DNA of 64,000 nucleotides from Lachnospiraceae bacterium (GCA_017938285.1 JAGBBW010000061.1:7627-71626), one strand, 5' to 3'; shown: positions 38,739 to 48,963, counted from the stretch's first letter. Numbers and translations are program-made. The notes: generated from the letters alone by a model not told the origin.

Positions 38739-40727
38739 ATGCAGAGAATAGGTGTTTTTGTCTGCCACTGTGGTAGTAATATTGCGGCTACGGTAGACGT
38801 TAAAAAAGTAGTAGAAATGGTTCAGATGGAGCCGGGCGTTGTTCATGCAGAAGACTACCAGTATATGTGTTCCGAAGCAGGACAGGCGAAGATTGCAGCA
38901 GCAATCCATGAAAAGAATTTAACAGGTATCGTGGTATGTTCCTGTTCCCCTCGTATGCATGAAAATACATTCCGTACCGCTGCACAGCGTGCGGGCTTAA
39001 ATCCATACATGGTGGAAATTGCAAATATCCGTGAGCACTGCTCCTGGATTCACAAGGATATGGAAGAGGCAACAAAGAAGGCCGTTATCCTTGCAAGGGC
39101 AGCGATTGCAAAAGTAAATTTAAATACTCCATTACAGCCGGGCGAGAGCCGCGTAACAAAGCGTGCCCTGGTGATCGGTGGCGGTATTGCAGGTATCCAG
39201 ACTGCTCTTGATATTGCAGATGCCGGCTACGAAGTAGATATCGTGGAGAAGACTCCAAGTATCGGCGGAAGAATGTCCCAGTTAGACAAGACCTTCCCTA
39301 CCCTTGACTGTTCCGCATGTATCCTCACTCCTAAGATGGTAGAGGCTGCTGCCCATGAAAAGATTAAGATTTATACATACAGTGAAGTGGAAAAGGTATC
39401 CGGTTTCGTTGGTGATTTTACCGTAGATATCAGAAAGAAAGCAAGAAGCGTTGACGCTAACAAGTGTACCGGTTGTGGTGTCTGCCAGGAGAAGTGTCCT
39501 TCCAAGAAGGCTCCAAGCGAATTCAACCGTGGCTTAAATACAAGAAGCGCTATCTACACTCCATTCGCACAGGCCATTCCAAATGTGCCGGTTATCGACC
39601 GTGACGCATGTCTTAAGTTCAAGACAGGCAAGTGCGGTGTCTGCGAAAAGGTTTGTCAGGCAGGTGCTATCGACTATACACAGCAGGATGAAATCGTAAC
39701 CGAGAAGTACGGTGCCATCGTTGTAGCTACCGGTTTTGATACCATCAAGCTGGACAATTACGATGAATATGCATACAACCAGAGCAAGGACGTTATCACT
39801 TCCTTAGAACTTGAGCGTATCATGAACGCTGCAGGTCCTACCAAGGGTCACTTAGAGCGTTTATCCGACGGCAAGCATCCTCACGAGATGGTATTCATCC
39901 AGTGTGTAGGCAGCCGTTGCTCTGACAACAGAGGTAAGAGCTACTGTTCCAAAATCTGTTGTATGTACACAGCAAAGCACGCCATGTTAATCCGTGACAA
40001 GTATCCGGATGTAAACGTAACGGTATTCTACATCGACGTTCGTACCCCAGGTAAGAACTTTGATGAGTTCTATAGAAGAGCAGTAGAAGAGTATGGTGTA
40101 AACTACATTAAGGGTCAGGTTGGCAAGGTTATCCTTAAGCCAAACGGAAAGCTCTTAGTACAGGGCTCTGACTTACTGGATAACAAGCAGATTCTGAAAG
40201 AGGCTGACATGGTAGTTTTAGCAACTGCTATCGAGCCGGAACCATCCGTAAGACAGATTGCAACCATGCTGACTGCAAGTATTGATACCAACAACTTCCT
40301 GACAGAGGCACATCCAAAGCTTCGTCCGGTAGAATCCCCAACCGCTGGTGTATTCTTATCCGGTGTCTGCCAGGGACCAAAGGATATTCCGGAAACTGTT
40401 GCCCAGGCCGGCGCGGCCGCTGTTAAGGCCATCGGCTTACTGGCAAAGGATAAGTTAATGACAAACCCATGTACCGCAAAGGCTGATGAGCTTATGTGTA
40501 ACGGATGTTCCACCTGTGCCAATGTATGTCCATATGGTGCTATCTCTTATGAAGAGAAGGAAGTCAACGACCACGGTATCCGTGAGACCCGCCGTATCGC
40601 AGTAGTAAACAACGCACTGTGTCAGGGCTGTGGTGCATGTACCGTAGCTTGTCCGTCCGGTTCCATGGATTTACAGGGCTTCTCTAACAGACAGATTATA
40701 GCGGAGGTAGATGCAATATGTCGTTAA
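38739..40727 (+). CDS. hdrA: Heterodisulfide reductase subunit A-like flavoprotein (FAD plus several Fe-S clusters)
   Basis: 662 aa. N-terminal CHCGSNI, ALVIGGGIAGIQTAL, and several CxxCxxCxxxCP motifs. Confidence 0.85.
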   Translation: MQRIGVFVCHCGSNIAATVDVKKVVEMVQMEPGVVHAEDYQYMCSEAGQAKIAAAIHEKNLTGIVVCSCSPRMHENTFRTAAQRAGLNPYMVEIANIREHCSWIHKDMEEATKKAVILARAAIAKVNLNTPLQPGESRVTKRALVIGGGIAGIQTALDIADAGYEVDIVEKTPSIGGRMSQLDKTFPTLDCSACILTPKMVEAAAHEKIKIYTYSEVEKVSGFVGDFTVDIRKKARSVDANKCTGCGVCQEKCPSKKAPSEFNRGLNTRSAIYTPFAQAIPNVPVIDRDACLKFKTGKCGVCEKVCQAGAIDYTQQDEIVTEKYGAIVVATGFDTIKLDNYDEYAYNQSKDVITSLELERIMNAAGPTKGHLERLSDGKHPHEMVFIQCVGSRCSDNRGKSYCSKICCMYTAKHAMLIRDKYPDVNVTVFYIDVRTPGKNFDEFYRRAVEEYGVNYIKGQVGKVILKPNGKLLVQGSDLLDNKQILKEADMVVLATAIEPEPSVRQIATMLTASIDTNNFLTEAHPKLRPVESPTAGVFLSGVCQGPKDIPETVAQAGAAAVKAIGLLAKDKLMTNPCTAKADELMCNGCSTCANVCPYGAISYEEKEVNDHGIRETRRIAVVNNALCQGCGACTVACPSGSMDLQGFSNRQIIAEVDAICR

Positions 40728-41158
40728 ATAATGAAGAATTCAGACCGAAAATTGTAGCGTTCTGCTGTAACTGGTGCAGCTATGCAGGCGCTGACTTAGC
40801 AGGCAGCAGCCGTCTGGCTTACCCTGCTGATGTAAAGATTATCCGTGTACCTTGTTCCTGCCGTGTTAATCCAATGTTCATTTTAAGAGCATTTGAGAAG
40901 GGCGCAGATGGTGTTATCCTTTGTGGATGTCATCCGGGCGACTGTCACTACAGCACAGGTAACTACTATGCAAGAAGACGTATGACACTTCTGTTCTCCA
41001 TGCTGGACTATATCGGTGTGGAAAATGGCCGTACCCGCGTAGAATGGGTATCTGCTGCGGAAGGTGTTAAGTTCTCTCAGACTATGAACGAATTTGTAGA
41101 AAAGATTCATTCTCTTGGTAAGAATGTAAGATTGGGGGATTTAAGATGCAGGAATTAA
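40718..41158 (+). CDS. mvhD: MvhD/FlxD-like iron-sulfur protein
   Basis: 146 aa. IVAFCCNWCSYAGADLAG ... VPCSCRV ... GCHPGDCHY is the typical MvhD pattern. Confidence 0.8.
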   Translation: MSLNNEEFRPKIVAFCCNWCSYAGADLAGSSRLAYPADVKIIRVPCSCRVNPMFILRAFEKGADGVILCGCHPGDCHYSTGNYYARRRMTLLFSMLDYIGVENGRTRVEWVSAAEGVKFSQTMNEFVEKIHSLGKNVRLGDLRCRN

Positions 41159-42117
41159 TCAGTCGTGCAAAAGAGCTTCTGGCAGACGGTACCGTAGCCC
41201 GTGTTCTTGGCTGGAGAGCAGGCGATCTTCCATACAATCCGGAACCGGCTTATTTTACTACCGCAGAAGAACTTGAAAATTTTGTATATAACGGTTTTTG
41301 TGGCGCAAACCTTAGCAAGTACATGATTGAGGCTTCCAAGCTGGAAGGCAAGACCATGGTCTGCTTAAAGCCATGTGATACCTACAGCTTCAACCAGCTC
41401 ATCAAGGAGCACCGTGTAGACCGTGAAAAGGCATACATCGTTGGTGTTGGCTGTAAGGGTAAGTTAGACATTGAAAAGGCAAAGAAGCTTGGAATCAAGG
41501 GTATCGAGAGTGTATCCGGTGCAGAAATGACCAACGCTGCCGACACACTGACCTTCCAGACGATTTATGGCGAAAAGTCCTGTTCTTACGCTGAGGCAAT
41601 GTTAGAGCGTTGTCATGTATGTAAGGGCAAGGAGCATATGGTATATGATGAGCTGATTGGCGAGTCTAAGGATACCAAGGATGCAGAGCGTTTTGCTGAG
41701 GTAGAAAAAATCGAAGCAATGTCTCCTGCAGAAAAGTTTGCTTTCTTCCAGAAGGAACTTAGTAAGTGTATCCGTTGTAATGCCTGCCGTAACGTATGTC
41801 CGGCCTGCAGCTGCCGCAAGTGTGTTTTCGACAGCACCAAGTTCGACAGTGCGCAGAAGGCAAATGTGGATTCCTTCGAAGAGAAGATGTTCCATGTCAT
41901 CCGTGCGTTCCATGTAGCAGGACGTTGTACTGACTGTGGTGAGTGCAGCAGAGTATGTCCACAGGGCATTCCACTTCACTTATTCAACCGTAAGTACATT
42001 AAGGATATCAATGAGTTATATGGTGAATACCAGGCTGGTGCAGATACAGAATCCAGAGGACCATTAACAAACTTTACATTTGACGATTGCGAACCAAGCA
42101 TCGTAACACAGCGGTAG
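41146..42117 (+). CDS. 4Fe-4S dicluster protein, FlxC-like position
   Basis: 323 aa. CIRCNACRNVCPACSC and CTDCGECSRVCP. Sits between the mvhD-like and flxB-like genes. Confidence 0.55.
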   Translation: MQELISRAKELLADGTVARVLGWRAGDLPYNPEPAYFTTAEELENFVYNGFCGANLSKYMIEASKLEGKTMVCLKPCDTYSFNQLIKEHRVDREKAYIVGVGCKGKLDIEKAKKLGIKGIESVSGAEMTNAADTLTFQTIYGEKSCSYAEAMLERCHVCKGKEHMVYDELIGESKDTKDAERFAEVEKIEAMSPAEKFAFFQKELSKCIRCNACRNVCPACSCRKCVFDSTKFDSAQKANVDSFEEKMFHVIRAFHVAGRCTDCGECSRVCPQGIPLHLFNRKYIKDINELYGEYQAGADTESRGPLTNFTFDDCEPSIVTQR

Positions 42118-42134
42118 AAAGGGGATAATGTTGT

Positions 42135-43166
42135 ATGTATAAGATAGCAAAAGAAAATCTTCCGGCATTATTCCAGTTGATTGCCGGAGAAAGAGAACTG
42201 TATGTTCCAGTAAATAATAATGGCCAGGTGAATTTCGCAGCATGGACCGAAGGCGCAGTGGTTGACTTAGACACATTAAAGAGTGTAAAGTCTCCAAAGG
42301 ATGCGTTCTTCCCACAGAGTGAAAACCTGTATACCTGTTATAAGGATGGCAAGAAAATTACTATCCAGCCGGAAGAATTACAGAACCAGAACTTCGTAGT
42401 ATTTGGTATGAAGGCCTGTGATGTCAAGGGTGTTGAGGTTCTTGACAAAGTATTTTTATCCGAGCCTGTAGACAGCTTCTACGCAGCAAGACGTGCCCAT
42501 GGTACTATCGTTGCCCTGGCTTGTCATGAGCCGGAAGAAAGCTGCTTCTGTAAGGTATTCGGTATTGACTGTGCGGAACCTGTGGCAGACGTTGCTGCCT
42601 GGATGGTAGAAGGGGAACTGTACTGGAAGGCTCTTACCGAAAAGGGTGAAGCTTTAACAAAGGCAGCCGCTTCCTTACTGACAGAAACAGACGAGGCAAA
42701 GGTAGAGGCAGAAAAGGCTGCTATCCGCGCCATCGTGGAAAAGCTTCCATATTCTGACCTTTCCTTAGAGGGCTGGAATGGCGATGCTTTAACAGAAAAG
42801 TTCAACTCCCCTGTATGGGAAGATTTATATAAGCCATGTCAGGCATGCGGAACCTGTACCTTTGTATGTCCGACCTGCCAGTGCTACGACATTAAGGACT
42901 ATGATACAGGACACGGCGTACAGCGTTACCGCTGCTGGGATTCCTGTATGTACTCCGATTTCACTATGATGGCCCACGGTAACAACCGTACCAGCCAGTT
43001 ACAGAGATTCCGTCAGAGATTCATGCACAAGTTAGTATACTTCCCTGCAAACAATGATGGTATGTACTCCTGTGTAGGCTGTGGCCGCTGCGTGGAGAAG
43101 TGTCCATCATCCTTAAATATCGTAAAGGTAATCAAGGCTTTTGAAAAACAGGGAGGTGACCAGTAA
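42135..43166 (+). CDS. Fe-S oxidoreductase, AsrA / sulfhydrogenase-beta / FlxB-like
   Basis: 343 aa. CQACGTCTFVCPTCQC and CVGCGRCVEKCP, with AsrA-like overall layout. Confidence 0.6.
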   Translation: MYKIAKENLPALFQLIAGERELYVPVNNNGQVNFAAWTEGAVVDLDTLKSVKSPKDAFFPQSENLYTCYKDGKKITIQPEELQNQNFVVFGMKACDVKGVEVLDKVFLSEPVDSFYAARRAHGTIVALACHEPEESCFCKVFGIDCAEPVADVAAWMVEGELYWKALTEKGEALTKAAASLLTETDEAKVEAEKAAIRAIVEKLPYSDLSLEGWNGDALTEKFNSPVWEDLYKPCQACGTCTFVCPTCQCYDIKDYDTGHGVQRYRCWDSCMYSDFTMMAHGNNRTSQLQRFRQRFMHKLVYFPANNDGMYSCVGCGRCVEKCPSSLNIVKVIKAFEKQGGDQ

Positions 43167-44023
43167 TGTGCGATTGTACATGTCATGAAAATTACACACT
43201 GGATACCTTAATTCCAAAGGTTGGTGTGATTACAGATATCCGCCAGGAAACTCCGGACGTTAAGACCTTCCGTGTCAATGCTCCAGAGGGCGGTAAGTTA
43301 TTTGAACATATGCCTGGCCAGTGTGCCATGGTTTGTGCTCCGGGTGTCAGCGAAGGTATGTTCTCCATTACCTCTTCTCCGACCAACAAGGAGTATCAGG
43401 AATTCAGCATTAAGAAGTGTGGTATGCTCACCGAGTATCTGCACAGCTTAGAGGTTGGTTCTGAAATTACCGTGCGTGGACCTTACGGTAACCACTTCCC
43501 GGTAGAAACTGAATTAAAGGGCAAGAACCTGTTATTCATTGCCGGTGGTATCGGTCTGGCTCCACTTCGTTCCGTTATCAACTATGTCATTGATAACCGT
43601 GACAACTATGGAACAGTAGATATCCTGTACGGTTCCCGTTCCGCAGATGACTTAGTTCAGTTAAAGGAAATCCAGGAAGTATGGATGAAGACTCCGGGTA
43701 TCAATGTATACCTGACCATTGACCGTCCACAGGAAGGCTGGGATGGCAATGTAGGTTTCGTTCCTTCCTACTTAAAGGAACTGAACTTCGCAGCAGAAGG
43801 CAAAGTTGCCCTGGTTTGCGGACCGCCTATCATGATTAAGTTCGTTCTGGCTGGACTTAAGGAAATGGGCTTTAAGGATGAGCAGGTTTACACAACACTG
43901 GAACTTCGTATGAAGTGTGGCGTTGGTAAGTGCGGACGTTGTAACATTGGTTCCAAGTACGTTTGTAAGGATGGCCCGGTATTCCGTTTTGACGAAATCG
44001 ATGAGCTTCCAAACGAATATTAG
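43166..44023 (+). CDS. FAD/NAD(P)-binding 2Fe-2S oxidoreductase, AsrB / HydG / FlxA-like
   Basis: 285 aa. FNR-like fold motifs (MFSITSSP, LLFIAGGIGLAPL) and a C-terminal CGVGKCGRCNIG cluster. Confidence 0.72.
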   Translation: MCDCTCHENYTLDTLIPKVGVITDIRQETPDVKTFRVNAPEGGKLFEHMPGQCAMVCAPGVSEGMFSITSSPTNKEYQEFSIKKCGMLTEYLHSLEVGSEITVRGPYGNHFPVETELKGKNLLFIAGGIGLAPLRSVINYVIDNRDNYGTVDILYGSRSADDLVQLKEIQEVWMKTPGINVYLTIDRPQEGWDGNVGFVPSYLKELNFAAEGKVALVCGPPIMIKFVLAGLKEMGFKDEQVYTTLELRMKCGVGKCGRCNIGSKYVCKDGPVFRFDEIDELPNEY

Positions 44024-44051
44024 TTTGTTGTTTTTCACTTTCACAAGAAAA

Positions 44052-44203
44052 GCTTTTTGAATTACAATATCCATGTCCGCCTGACTCTCCGGACAGGTGT
44101 TCGTCCAGGCTGGAACAAACAAAGAAAAGATTTTGTTTGTCCATCCTGTCCGGACACCTATCCGTTGAGATGTCGGACATTTGGAAATTGCAATTCAAAA
44201 AGC
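44052..44203. repeat. Long imperfect nested palindrome (about 150 nt hairpin) in the flxA-frdB intergenic region
   Basis: Four arm pairs occur in mirrored order: 44052-44072/44183-44203, 44073-44079/44174-44180, 44089-44097/44145-44153 and 44112-44123/44132-44142. A third copy of the tttttgaatt motif lies at 44318-44333. Confidence 0.6.
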
Positions 44204-44383
44204 TGCATAGGTTGTGAAAAGGCGAAGAAAAAGTTTGAGTGTGGTTTGAAAAACAGCAAAAACTTGGGCAGGCTGCAGAAAGAAAACACTAGGTAAACAA
44301 CTTGAGATATGAATAAAGTTTTTGAATTGTGGAAGCTATGTTGCAGCAATGCAATTCGAATTATTTCAAAAGGAGAAAAAATC

Positions 44384-45058
44384 ATGGCAGATATGATTAA
44401 CATCTACTTATACGGTAAGAAGTATGAAGTACCGGCAAGCTTAACCATCATGGAAGCATTTGAATATGCCGGCTATCAGTTAGTACGTGGCTGTGGCTGC
44501 AGAAACGGTTTCTGCGGTGCCTGTGCTACCATCTACAGAATTAAGGGCAAGAATGAATTAGTTGGCTGTCTTGCCTGCTCTACAAAGGTTGAAAATGATA
44601 TGTGCGTAGCAACCTTACCATTCTTCCCATTAGAGAAGAAGGTTTATGATATTACAGAGATTAAGCCTACGGCACAGATTATGATGCAGCTGTATCCTGA
44701 AATTTATGCCTGCGTTGGCTGTAATGCATGTACCAAGGCATGTACCCAGGACCTTGATGTTATGCAGTATATCGCTTACGCACAGAGAGGCGAGTTCGAA
44801 AAGTGTGCGGAACTTTCTTTTGACTGTGTAATGTGTGGCGTATGTTCCTCCCGTTGTCCGGCTGGCATTTCCCACCCACAGGTTGCACTGCTTGCAAGAA
44901 GACTGACCGGTAAGTACATCAGACCGGAAGCAGAGCATCTGACCAAGAGAGTAGAAGAGATTGAAAACGGTGACTGCCGTGCATTAATCGAAGCTATCAT
45001 GCAGAAGCCTCTGGAAGAACTGAAGGAAATGTACAATACCAGAGAAATTGAGAAGTAG
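44384..45058 (+). CDS. Fumarate reductase/succinate dehydrogenase iron-sulfur subunit-like protein
   Basis: 224 aa from MADMINIYLYG, after AAAGGAGAA. 2Fe-2S motif CGCRNGFCGACA, plus CVGCNACTKAC and CVMCGVCSSRCP. Confidence 0.7.
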   Translation: MADMINIYLYGKKYEVPASLTIMEAFEYAGYQLVRGCGCRNGFCGACATIYRIKGKNELVGCLACSTKVENDMCVATLPFFPLEKKVYDITEIKPTAQIMMQLYPEIYACVGCNACTKACTQDLDVMQYIAYAQRGEFEKCAELSFDCVMCGVCSSRCPAGISHPQVALLARRLTGKYIRPEAEHLTKRVEEIENGDCRALIEAIMQKPLEELKEMYNTREIEK

Positions 45059-45071
45059 GAGGATACCAATT

Positions 45072-46694
45072 ATGAGTTTACCATATACCGCTGAGATGAT
45101 GGAATCCGTAAAAAAGGTAGAGGCTGGCAGAGCTGCCCGTATTGGTTTTGAGCCAAAGCGTATGACAGCAGAAGAAAAGACTGCCCTGCTGGAAGCATTC
45201 CATCCGGACTACAATCTCGACAGTTTTGAAGAAATTAAGGTTGGCCCGAATAAGGGTCAGAAGGCTCCGAAGGAATTAGTGGAAATCCTTCAGGGTGAAA
45301 GCAGAATCAAGGGAATGAACCTTGATTTAAGCAAGGTGGATTATGATGTAGACGTTCTCGTTATCGGTGGCGGCGGTGCAGGTTCTTCCGCTGCAATTGA
45401 GGCAAACGAGGCAGGCGCAAACGTTATGATCGTTACCAAGCTTCGTATTGGTGATGCCAATACCATGATGGCAGAAGGTGGTATCCAGGCAGCAGATAAG
45501 GAAAATGACTCCCCTGCACAGCACTACCTTGACGTTATGGGCGGCGGTCATTACGCAAATGTTCCTGAATTAGTAGAAAAGCTGGTTTGTGATGGTCCTC
45601 TGGCAATCAACTGGCTTGACAAGTTAGGCGTTTTATTCGACAAGGATGAAAACGGTAACATGATTACTACCCACGGTGGTGGTACTTCCCGTAAGAGAAT
45701 GCACGCTGCAGCAGACTACTCCGGTGCAGAAATCATGAGAGTACTTCGTGATGAAGTTATCAACAGAGGTATTCCGGTTGTTGACTATACAGCAGCTATC
45801 GAAATCATCAAGGATACCGAAGGTAAGGCAGCAGGTGCTGTTCTTATGAACATGGAAACAGGAGAAATCCTGATTGCAAGAGCTAAGACCGTAGTTATTG
45901 CTACCGGCGGTGCAGGCCGTATGCATTACCAGGGATTCCCAACTTCCAACCATTACGGTGCTACCGCAGATGGTCTGGTTCTGGCTTACCGTGCAGGTGC
46001 AGCATTACTTTACCAGGATACGTTACAGTATCACCCAACCGGTGTTGCATTCCCAGCGCAGATTTACGGTGCACTGGTAACAGAAAAGGTTCGTTCCATG
46101 GGCGCTATGTTCGTAAACCGTGAAGGTGAAGTATTCATGCATCCACTGGAAACAAGAGACGTAGCCGCTTCCGGTATCATCCGTGAGTGTAAGGAAAGAG
46201 GCATGGGTGTCCAGACTCCACAGGCAGAAGGTATCTGGCTGGATACTCCAATGATTGATATGATTCACGGTGAAGGCACACTGGAAAAGAGACTTCCAGG
46301 TATGCTCCGTATGTATTTAAGATGTGGTATCGATATGAGAAAGGTGCCGATCGTAATTTATCCGACACTGCACTACCAGAACGGCGGTATCAAGATCTCC
46401 GCAAATGGTATGTCTGATATCGAAAACCTCTATGTAGCTGGTGAAGCTGTCGGAGGAATCCACGGAAGAAACAGACTGATGGGTAACTCCTTATTAGACA
46501 TCATTGTATTTGGCCGTAATGCAGGTAAGCAGGCAGGTGCCAAGTGCAAGGAAGTTGAGTTAAAGGAATTAACACTGTCCCATGTGGATGATTACTCTAA
46601 GATGCTCGCTGACGCTGGTATTGAACCAAAGGTAGTTTCTCCTAAGTTATTACCAGACTACAGAAAAGACGGCGTAACAAGATTAGAGAAGTAA
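45072..46694 (+). CDS. Fumarate reductase/succinate dehydrogenase/L-aspartate oxidase-family flavoprotein; probably a soluble fumarate reductase
   Basis: 540 aa. VLVIGGGGAGSSAA, QYHPTG, HYQNGGI, GEAVGGIHGRNRLMGNSLLD. Asn130 aligns with the FrdA His that binds FAD covalently. There is a roughly 90 aa N-terminal extension. Confidence 0.72.
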   Translation: MSLPYTAEMMESVKKVEAGRAARIGFEPKRMTAEEKTALLEAFHPDYNLDSFEEIKVGPNKGQKAPKELVEILQGESRIKGMNLDLSKVDYDVDVLVIGGGGAGSSAAIEANEAGANVMIVTKLRIGDANTMMAEGGIQAADKENDSPAQHYLDVMGGGHYANVPELVEKLVCDGPLAINWLDKLGVLFDKDENGNMITTHGGGTSRKRMHAAADYSGAEIMRVLRDEVINRGIPVVDYTAAIEIIKDTEGKAAGAVLMNMETGEILIARAKTVVIATGGAGRMHYQGFPTSNHYGATADGLVLAYRAGAALLYQDTLQYHPTGVAFPAQIYGALVTEKVRSMGAMFVNREGEVFMHPLETRDVAASGIIRECKERGMGVQTPQAEGIWLDTPMIDMIHGEGTLEKRLPGMLRMYLRCGIDMRKVPIVIYPTLHYQNGGIKISANGMSDIENLYVAGEAVGGIHGRNRLMGNSLLDIIVFGRNAGKQAGAKCKEVELKELTLSHVDDYSKMLADAGIEPKVVSPKLLPDYRKDGVTRLEK

Positions 46695-46740
46695 GAGATT
46701 TCACAAAGATGTTACATAGGATACGGTAAGGAACGATAAA

Positions 46741-46782
46741 CTGTTGGGAAATGGGTTACAAAACTCTTTTTCCAACAGTTTT
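46741..46782 (+). terminator. Intrinsic terminator after the flavoprotein gene
   Basis: CTGTTGGGAAA-loop-TTTTCCAACAG followed by TTTTA. Confidence 0.6.
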
Positions 46783-46835
46783 ATGGCGTATTCTTTGTGT
46801 AATATCCGGAATTTGTGCAGGAATGGAGTAAAGAA

Positions 46836-47987
46836 ATGGATATTTTAACATGGTTTCAGGAGAGTGTATGGGCCAATAACCTGATGTTGATTTTTACAAT
46901 TCTGGTTCTTGGTTATGCTTTGGGAAGAATTACAATCTGCGGTCTGGACTTGGGAACTGCGGGTGTGCTTTTAGTAGCACTGGTATTCGGACACTTTGGG
47001 GTAGTGATTCCGGATGTGGTAGGTGATCTTGGTCTGATCTGTTTTGTAACGGCAGTTGGTTACATTGCAGGACCAAAGTTTTTCCGTAACATAAAAGCAA
47101 ATGCAAAGTCGTACATATTGATTGGTCTGGTGACAATTTTGTCTGGTGCCCTGGTATGTGTGGCAGTCATTAAACTGTTCAATGTTCCTACAGATATCTG
47201 CGTTGGTCTGATGTCCGGTGCTCTGACCAGTACACCTGGTCTGGCAGCAGCAAAGGAAGCGGCAGGTGTAAATGCTGCCGTTGGTTACGGCATTGCATAT
47301 CCATTTGGCGTGGTAGGCGTTGTACTCTTTGTTCAGTTAGTACCAAAGATTTTAAAGACGGATATGGATGCAGAACGTGCAAAGTTTACGGCAGCAGCTA
47401 CCGTACAGGCAGAGCAGAAGACAGAAAAGAAGAGAATTTCCATTGATGAGTTCGGTTTCTTTGGATTTGCCCTTGCGATTATTCTTGGTATAATTCTTGC
47501 AAAGATTACCATTCCTCTTCCAGGCGGCGGTTCTTTTGCTCTTGGAACTTCCGGTGGTCCTCTGCTTGCAGGTCTTGTGCTTGGTCATTTTGGCCATATC
47601 GGACCGGTGAATATTAAGCCGGATACTGGTATGTTAAAGTGTATCAGGGAATTCGGTCTGGCACTGTTTTTAATGGGTGCTGGTCTGGAAGGCGGTGCCG
47701 GTTTTGTGGAAGTATTACAGGAACAGGGTGTCATGCTGTTTGTATATGGTGCACTCCTGACCACGATTCCAATGTTCGTAGCTTACTTCTTCGCAGCAAA
47801 AGTTCTGAAACTCAGTGTATTTAATAACCTGGGCTCCATCTGTGGCGGTATGACAAGTACACCGGCTCTTGGTACGTTAATCCGTGTAACAAAGACAGAT
47901 GATGTAGCAGCAGCGTATGCAGCTACCTATCCGTTTGCACTGATTCTCGTAGTACTCTGCTGTCAGTTTATCGGTATTCTTTTTTAG
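46836..47987 (+). CDS. AAE-family (YidE/YbjL/AspT-like) transporter lacking the central TrkA-C domains; candidate C4-dicarboxylate carrier
   Basis: 383 aa from MDILTWF. Two homologous halves, each with GLxxGxxxG-type motifs (LDLGTAGVLLVALVFGHFG and ALGTSGGPLLAGLVLGHFG). Confidence 0.65.
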   Translation: MDILTWFQESVWANNLMLIFTILVLGYALGRITICGLDLGTAGVLLVALVFGHFGVVIPDVVGDLGLICFVTAVGYIAGPKFFRNIKANAKSYILIGLVTILSGALVCVAVIKLFNVPTDICVGLMSGALTSTPGLAAAKEAAGVNAAVGYGIAYPFGVVGVVLFVQLVPKILKTDMDAERAKFTAAATVQAEQKTEKKRISIDEFGFFGFALAIILGIILAKITIPLPGGGSFALGTSGGPLLAGLVLGHFGHIGPVNIKPDTGMLKCIREFGLALFLMGAGLEGGAGFVEVLQEQGVMLFVYGALLTTIPMFVAYFFAAKVLKLSVFNNLGSICGGMTSTPALGTLIRVTKTDDVAAAYAATYPFALILVVLCCQFIGILF

Positions 47988-48119
47988 TAAATAATTCGCT
48001 GCTGTATTCAGCAGCCATAATACAGGCTGTGGAAGACTGCCCTGGAAATTTTTCAAAAGGGGTAGTCTTTAACAGCCATTTCATGTATAATAAATAATAA
48101 AAAAATGGAGGTCAATCAA

Positions 48120-48962
48120 ATGCGTGAAATTAACGTAAGTCAGATTACAGATGTGGTTGAAAAGCTTTGTATCGAAGCAAACCAGCATCTGCCTGAGGAT
48201 GTAAAGTGTGCAATCAAGAATTGCAGAGCCTGTGAAGACTGGGACATCGCTCAGGGTGTATTGGATAAGATTATTGAAAATTATGAAATTGCAGATTCCC
48301 AGTGTGTGCCGATCTGTCAGGATACTGGTATGGCATGTGTATTCCTTGAAATTGGACAGGATGTTCACTTAGTTGGCGGCAATCTGGCAGAGGCAGTAGA
48401 CGAAGGTGTCCGCCGTGGCTATGGCAACGGCTATCTTCGTAAGTCTGTTGTTAAGGACCCGGTTCGCCGTGGCAATACCGGAGATAACACACCGGCTATG
48501 CTTTACACAGAAATCGTTCCGGGTGACCAGGTAAAGATTACCGTGGGACCAAAGGGCTTCGGAAGTGAGAACATGAGTGCCATCCGTATGTTCAAGCCAT
48601 CCGCAGGTCTGCAGGGTATCAAGGATTTCATTCTTGAAACTGTGGAAACAGCAGGTCCGAACCCATGTCCTCCAATGGTAGTGGGTGTTGGTATCGGTGG
48701 TACATTTGATAAGGCAGCCTTACTTGCCAAGAAGGCTCTGATGAGACCAATCGATTCTTCCAATCCGGACCCATTCTATGCTGACCTGGAAGTAGAAATG
48801 TTAGAGAAGATTAATGAGCTTGGTATCGGACCACAGGGCTTTGGTGGAAAGACTACAGCCATTGGTCTTAACATTGAAACATTACCAACCCACATCGCAG
48901 GTATGCCATGCGCAATCAATATTAACTGCCATGTAACCCGCCACAAATCGGAGGTGATTTAA
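48120..48962 (+). CDS. Class I (Fe-S) fumarate/tartrate hydro-lyase, alpha subunit
   Basis: 280 aa from MREINVSQI, after GGAGG. CQDTGMA and VGVGIGGT motifs. Confidence 0.85.
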   Translation: MREINVSQITDVVEKLCIEANQHLPEDVKCAIKNCRACEDWDIAQGVLDKIIENYEIADSQCVPICQDTGMACVFLEIGQDVHLVGGNLAEAVDEGVRRGYGNGYLRKSVVKDPVRRGNTGDNTPAMLYTEIVPGDQVKITVGPKGFGSENMSAIRMFKPSAGLQGIKDFILETVETAGPNPCPPMVVGVGIGGTFDKAALLAKKALMRPIDSSNPDPFYADLEVEMLEKINELGIGPQGFGGKTTAIGLNIETLPTHIAGMPCAININCHVTRHKSEVI

Positions 48963-48963
48963 G

